Below are positions 60,379-64,000 of a stretch of 64,000 bases of DNA, in pieces (within the stretch, counting starts at the first letter, position 1; each line of letters opens with the position of its first letter). The notes beneath the pieces were generated by a model. The model worked only from the letters and a program-made list of their open reading frames with translations. It was not told the origin of the DNA and searched no databases. Position numbers and translations under genes: made by a program. Source of the DNA: a bacterium (GTDB lineage: Bacteria; SAR324; XYD2-FULL-50-16; G965216635); assembly GCA_965216635.1 (NCBI GenBank), contig OZ244188.1:928001-992000 (forward strand), given 5' to 3'.

Positions 60379-61221
60379 TTGTTTTTTAAAAAAAAAAATT
60401 GTAAAATTTCACATAAAACTCCCTACAATTTACTAGTGCTTGATAATAAAGAACCAAAAACAATCCTCTTTTTAGAGAAAAAATATATTTTGGTTACAAC
60501 CGATAGCCATTTTCAAAATTCTTGGCAAGAAATGAAACATTTTTGCAAACTACTAGCCAGCCTACCTGCCAAAGATTACCACCTTGTCCTACTTGGAGAT
60601 TTATTTCACTGTTGGACAGATCTTGCTAAAACTCTTTTTTCAGAACAAAAAAAACTATTACAATACTTGGTAGATTTTAGAAAAAAAGGAGGAGCTGTGC
60701 ATTTTTTAATGGGCAATAGAGATATTTTTTTTAGTAAAAAACAAACTCTTCGCTTTGATTTTGGCAAGCCTTTTGATTCTGTTAGTCGGCATTTTTTAGT
60801 TTTTGAAACAAAGGATGAAAAAAAAATTTTCTTTGAACATGGAGATTTGATTAACCAACAAGACAAAAATCATCTTTTATGGCGGAAATTTATCCGTAGT
60901 TATTTTGTAAAAATCTGTTTTTGTCTTATCCCTAGTTGCTGGATTAAAAAATTTATCTTTTATGCAGAAAAAAAGTTAAAAAATCAAAATAAGAAGCACA
61001 AGAAACTTTTTCCCAAAGAAGCGTGGCTTAAATTTTTATCCCAAAAATCTGCCTACCAACTTTGCGTTGTCGGTCATTTTCATCCTAAAAAAACTCTCTT
61101 TGAAAAACACAAATTCAAAAAGACTACTATTGAAGCTATTATTTTGAAGGCTTGGATGGATGAACCTGTTTATCTTGTGATAGATCAAAGATTAAAGGCT
61201 GTAGTAAAACTAACGGGCTAA
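60379..61221 (+). CDS. LpxH-like metallophosphoesterase (UDP-2,3-diacylglucosamine hydrolase); start uncertain
   Basis: DSH, LGDLF, GNRD, EHGD, GHFH. Confidence 0.75.
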   Translation: MFFKKKNCKISHKTPYNLLVLDNKEPKTILFLEKKYILVTTDSHFQNSWQEMKHFCKLLASLPAKDYHLVLLGDLFHCWTDLAKTLFSEQKKLLQYLVDFRKKGGAVHFLMGNRDIFFSKKQTLRFDFGKPFDSVSRHFLVFETKDEKKIFFEHGDLINQQDKNHLLWRKFIRSYFVKICFCLIPSCWIKKFIFYAEKKLKNQNKKHKKLFPKEAWLKFLSQKSAYQLCVVGHFHPKKTLFEKHKFKKTTIEAIILKAWMDEPVYLVIDQRLKAVVKLTG

Positions 61222-62850
61222 TCTTTTTTTAGTTTGATTACCTGTTAGTTCTGTATAAGTCTCTAATAGAACTTCCAACATTTTGGGATAGTAGATAACA
61301 CTCTCGTGGCTCATCAAAGCGATTTGTAACAAATTTCTCTCTTTCAAATACTTACTGCGGTAGTGTAATAAAAATCCTTTGTGTTCCATAGCCATTCCCA
61401 AAACCATAGAATCTAAAGATGGGTGCAAGCTAAAGGTTACCATCACTGCACCATCTTTCACCTTAAATAATTGGAAGGGAAGTTTTTCTATAGCTCTTTC
61501 AATAGATTGGTAGGCTGTTTTTATTTTTTGTAATCTATTTTCTAAATCTAACTCATCTAAAGAAGTAACCAAAGCTTGCAGTAAGTTGGAACTACCACTA
61601 AAAGGAATGCCTCCACACCTATGGTAGTTATAAAGATTAAGATAAACCGCAATAGTTTTTTGAGGTTTCTCTAATAGGTGATTATAAGTAACAATAGCGA
61701 GTCCTGTATAAGCAGACAGACCCTTACCAGAAACTAAGGAAGCAAGGTAAATTTGAGAATAATCTACAGGAGCATTAGCAACAACGCTAATACCATCTAC
61801 ACAAACCTTGATTTTCTTTCTTTTGGTTGTGTTTCTTTGGGCAATGGATAAAATTTTGTTTAAATCGTTGAGTATACCAATAGATGTTTCCAAATGCACA
61901 AACCAAATCCACTCTATTTCAGGATTTTGAAAAATATGCTTTTCAATCATTTCATAATCCATATTTTTTCCAAAATCAAAAGCTAGCAAATCATAATCTA
62001 ACCCGACTCCCACCACACTTTCTACAAGCCTATTTCCAAATTCTCCATTGCTTAAAATCAATCCTTTTGTATCCAACTGTTTGAGTTGTCCTGCAATAAC
62101 ATCGTTTGCTAAAGTTCCAGTTCCCATAAAAACTTCTGAAAACTTTGCTTTTGTTATCTGTTGAATTTGCCATTTAAGCCTACCTAAAAAAAGTTTATAG
62201 TCCAAACCTCTGTGGCTAATTGCTGGAAAAGTAAAACTTTTGCAGACTTTTTCTGTTTGACTTACGGGACCCGGCAAAAAATTCAATATTTTCGTTTTTG
62301 CCTCTTTGGTATCTTGAAAAAATCTAGCCACTTTATAACCATAGTTTTCTGAGGTAAGACACATAGGTTGATAGAGGGCTTCTTTTTTCCCTACTACAGG
62401 ACCAAAACAGGTAAAACCAATTTTTTGATAAAAATCTTTTTTTGATAAAAGAGCCGAAATGACAATAACGTCGTGTCTTTTTTTCCAAACCCAATCTCTT
62501 ACCATTTGAAACATTTGGATTACGATACTACCAGCTCGGTTACTCGGTTGAATAGAAAGCAAGCGAATTTCTGTAAGGGATACATCCTCTGGAAAATAAG
62601 CATCAAGATCACTTAGTTTATTATCTAGCGAAAAGGGTCGTTTGTCTCTTGTAGATATCATCGCTAACAACTCTTTTCCTTTAAGACAGATAAAATATGT
62701 ATTTTCCTTGTGAAACTTATCTACTAGAACTTGAGATTTATTCTTAGGATGTTGTTTAACTTCTTCTACAAATGTTTGATAATTCAATTTTGAAATAAGC
62801 TCGAATTCCCACTCAAATTCGGCTATCTTATAAGTATATGTAAAGGACAC
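61210..62850 (-). CDS. GNAT-fold acyltransferase fused to a class V PLP aminotransferase/decarboxylase domain
   Basis: N-terminal EIRLLSI..FYQKIGF..FG; C-terminal FLPGPV, GTLAND, VHLETSIG, DGIS, SGKGL. Confidence 0.8.
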   Translation of the reverse strand: MSFTYTYKIAEFEWEFELISKLNYQTFVEEVKQHPKNKSQVLVDKFHKENTYFICLKGKELLAMISTRDKRPFSLDNKLSDLDAYFPEDVSLTEIRLLSIQPSNRAGSIVIQMFQMVRDWVWKKRHDVIVISALLSKKDFYQKIGFTCFGPVVGKKEALYQPMCLTSENYGYKVARFFQDTKEAKTKILNFLPGPVSQTEKVCKSFTFPAISHRGLDYKLFLGRLKWQIQQITKAKFSEVFMGTGTLANDVIAGQLKQLDTKGLILSNGEFGNRLVESVVGVGLDYDLLAFDFGKNMDYEMIEKHIFQNPEIEWIWFVHLETSIGILNDLNKILSIAQRNTTKRKKIKVCVDGISVVANAPVDYSQIYLASLVSGKGLSAYTGLAIVTYNHLLEKPQKTIAVYLNLYNYHRCGGIPFSGSSNLLQALVTSLDELDLENRLQKIKTAYQSIERAIEKLPFQLFKVKDGAVMVTFSLHPSLDSMVLGMAMEHKGFLLHYRSKYLKERNLLQIALMSHESVIYYPKMLEVLLETYTELTGNQTKKRLAR

Positions 62851-63431
62851 TATTGGTTTTTCGTTAGGTTGGTTCGGTGACGCAAAAGTACCACGCCAGT
62901 AGGCAAGAGAAGTATTAGTCTTTCTATTGCCGGGTTTTCTAGAAAATATAAGATGTTTATAACACAGCCAGAAATAAATAGCAAGAGGGCTTTTTTATCA
63001 ACCAATTTTCCAAAAATGAGTAAAATTAGTCCAACAAGAAATATATAAGGTGCTAAAAAAAAAACAAATCCTGCATAAATACTCACACCTTTTCCTCCTT
63101 TAAATCGCAGTTGTGGAGGATAAGAATGCCCTAAAATACAAAAAAAAAAACCAATCAGACTCACTTCCGCTAAACCCAAACCCATATTTGTATCATAGAG
63201 AAAAGGCAGCCAATACGGCAACCAGTATAAACAGGCACCTTTAAGAAAATCTATACAAAATATCAACACAAAACCTAGTTTTCCATAGATTCTGCCTACA
63301 TTTCTAGCCCCAGCTGTTCCTGAATGGACTGTACGAATATCTTTTTTCCCCAACAACCTCACAAAGTAATAGGAGCTATTCAAAGCACCTAGTAGATAAG
63401 AAAATATAAAAAACAAACCTGTAGTTACCAT
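62850..63431 (-). CDS. plsY: Glycerol-3-phosphate acyltransferase PlsY family
   Basis: SYLLGA, DIR..SG..GARN, DFLKG, GHSYP, FKGGKGV, RH..NL. Confidence 0.85.
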   Translation of the reverse strand: MVTTGLFFIFSYLLGALNSSYYFVRLLGKKDIRTVHSGTAGARNVGRIYGKLGFVLIFCIDFLKGACLYWLPYWLPFLYDTNMGLGLAEVSLIGFFFCILGHSYPPQLRFKGGKGVSIYAGFVFFLAPYIFLVGLILLIFGKLVDKKALLLFISGCVINILYFLENPAIERLILLLPTGVVLLRHRTNLTKNQ

Positions 63432-63441
63432 ATATTATTGT

Positions 63442-63656
63442 GAGATCTTTGAATTAGTTGTTGTATTCGTCGTTTAATCTATTGGGGTTATGCAGCGGTG
63501 TTTCAAGTTTTTTATTTCTCAAAATACTTGAGACTGTTTCGCAAGACGATATTTTAGTTCTTTTATCACCAGTCTAACCACTGGGGGTAAAAAATTTTTG
63601 TGCCTTGTCTAGCTTTCCTAGCCATCTTTGTCCTATTTGGCTAATTCAACAGTCTC
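63442..63656. mobile_element. Diverged member of the palindromic family (GAGA...GAATTAG termini)
   Basis: gagatctttgaattag ... ctaattcaacagtctc; contains ctattgggg, tatgcagcg and tttgtcctatttggc modules. Confidence 0.65.
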
Positions 63657-64000
63657 TTGGGTTTTTTACTTTTAAAGAGTGGATAAGAAAAAGTTGTATT
63701 TCTTCTAGTAAAATAGAAAGTTTTTCCTCCCATTTTTTATGTCCTCTCAAATAAAGAGAAGTTTTATCTTCTGTGCCTGAATTTCTAATAAAAACAGCCG
63801 CTTGGGTAGATTCTTGTTGTTGAATAGTCCAATAGTGCAAGTCAGGTTGATTCGCAAAATTTTCTTTTTTAATCTTTAAAGACGCAAGGTTTAGTTTTTG
63901 AAATTGCTTTATTACAAAATGATGCAACGACAACGAAAATTCCTTATTGTGCAACATTTTTTTATTGACTTCATATATGGCTAAATTTTTTAAAATTCCA
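63646..64000 (-). CDS. C-terminus of a phosphohexomutase-family protein (GlmM/PGM-like); 5' end outside the window
   Basis: FIRNSGTEDK resembles the domain-4 RxSGTE motif; the frame stays open to the window edge. Confidence 0.6.
   Translation of the reverse strand, partial: GILKNLAIYEVNKKMLHNKEFSLSLHHFVIKQFQKLNLASLKIKKENFANQPDLHYWTIQQQESTQAAVFIRNSGTEDKTSLYLRGHKKWEEKLSILLEEIQLFLIHSLKVKNPRDC

Noticed and set aside
3609..62084. Other short ORFs nested in or antisense to recognised genes
   Set aside because: They overlap well-supported CDSs and show no recognisable motifs.

Overview
AT-rich bacterial chromosome segment (Gram-negative; the housekeeping proteins look deltaproteobacteria/SAR324-like, which is an impression only). 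Core genes: lpdA, a Liv-type ABC transporter with a hydantoin/allantoin racemase, nusA-infB, lpxC, accB-accC-ogt-mreBCD-mrdA, a degenerate metE, a partial TRAP transporter, der, aroE, rpmH-rnpA-yidD-yidC-hpf, nth, iscS-iscU-iscA-hscB, radA, lpxH-like and plsY. Accessory features: (1) A dispersed family of 140-325 bp palindromic MITE/ERIC/RPE-like elements with TAGACYTTTGAATTT termini, about 9 full-length copies plus fragments. They have interchangeable end modules, two copies carry different cargo at one internal site, and several supply stop codons to neighbouring ORFs. (2) An 8.5 kb defence island between two inverted copies: Type III-like Res and Mod, an HTH-ImmA/IrrE + PIN pair, a TcmP + DUF5131 pair, and a MazF remnant. 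(3) A four-unit tandem array of promoter + small membrane-anchored coiled-coil genes with shuffled modules and variable heptad number. (4) Two Panacea/DUF4065 toxin-antitoxin-like pairs. (5) Frequent in-frame tandem repeat expansions in genes. No rRNA, tRNA, CRISPR array, transposase, integrase or reverse transcriptase was recognised.
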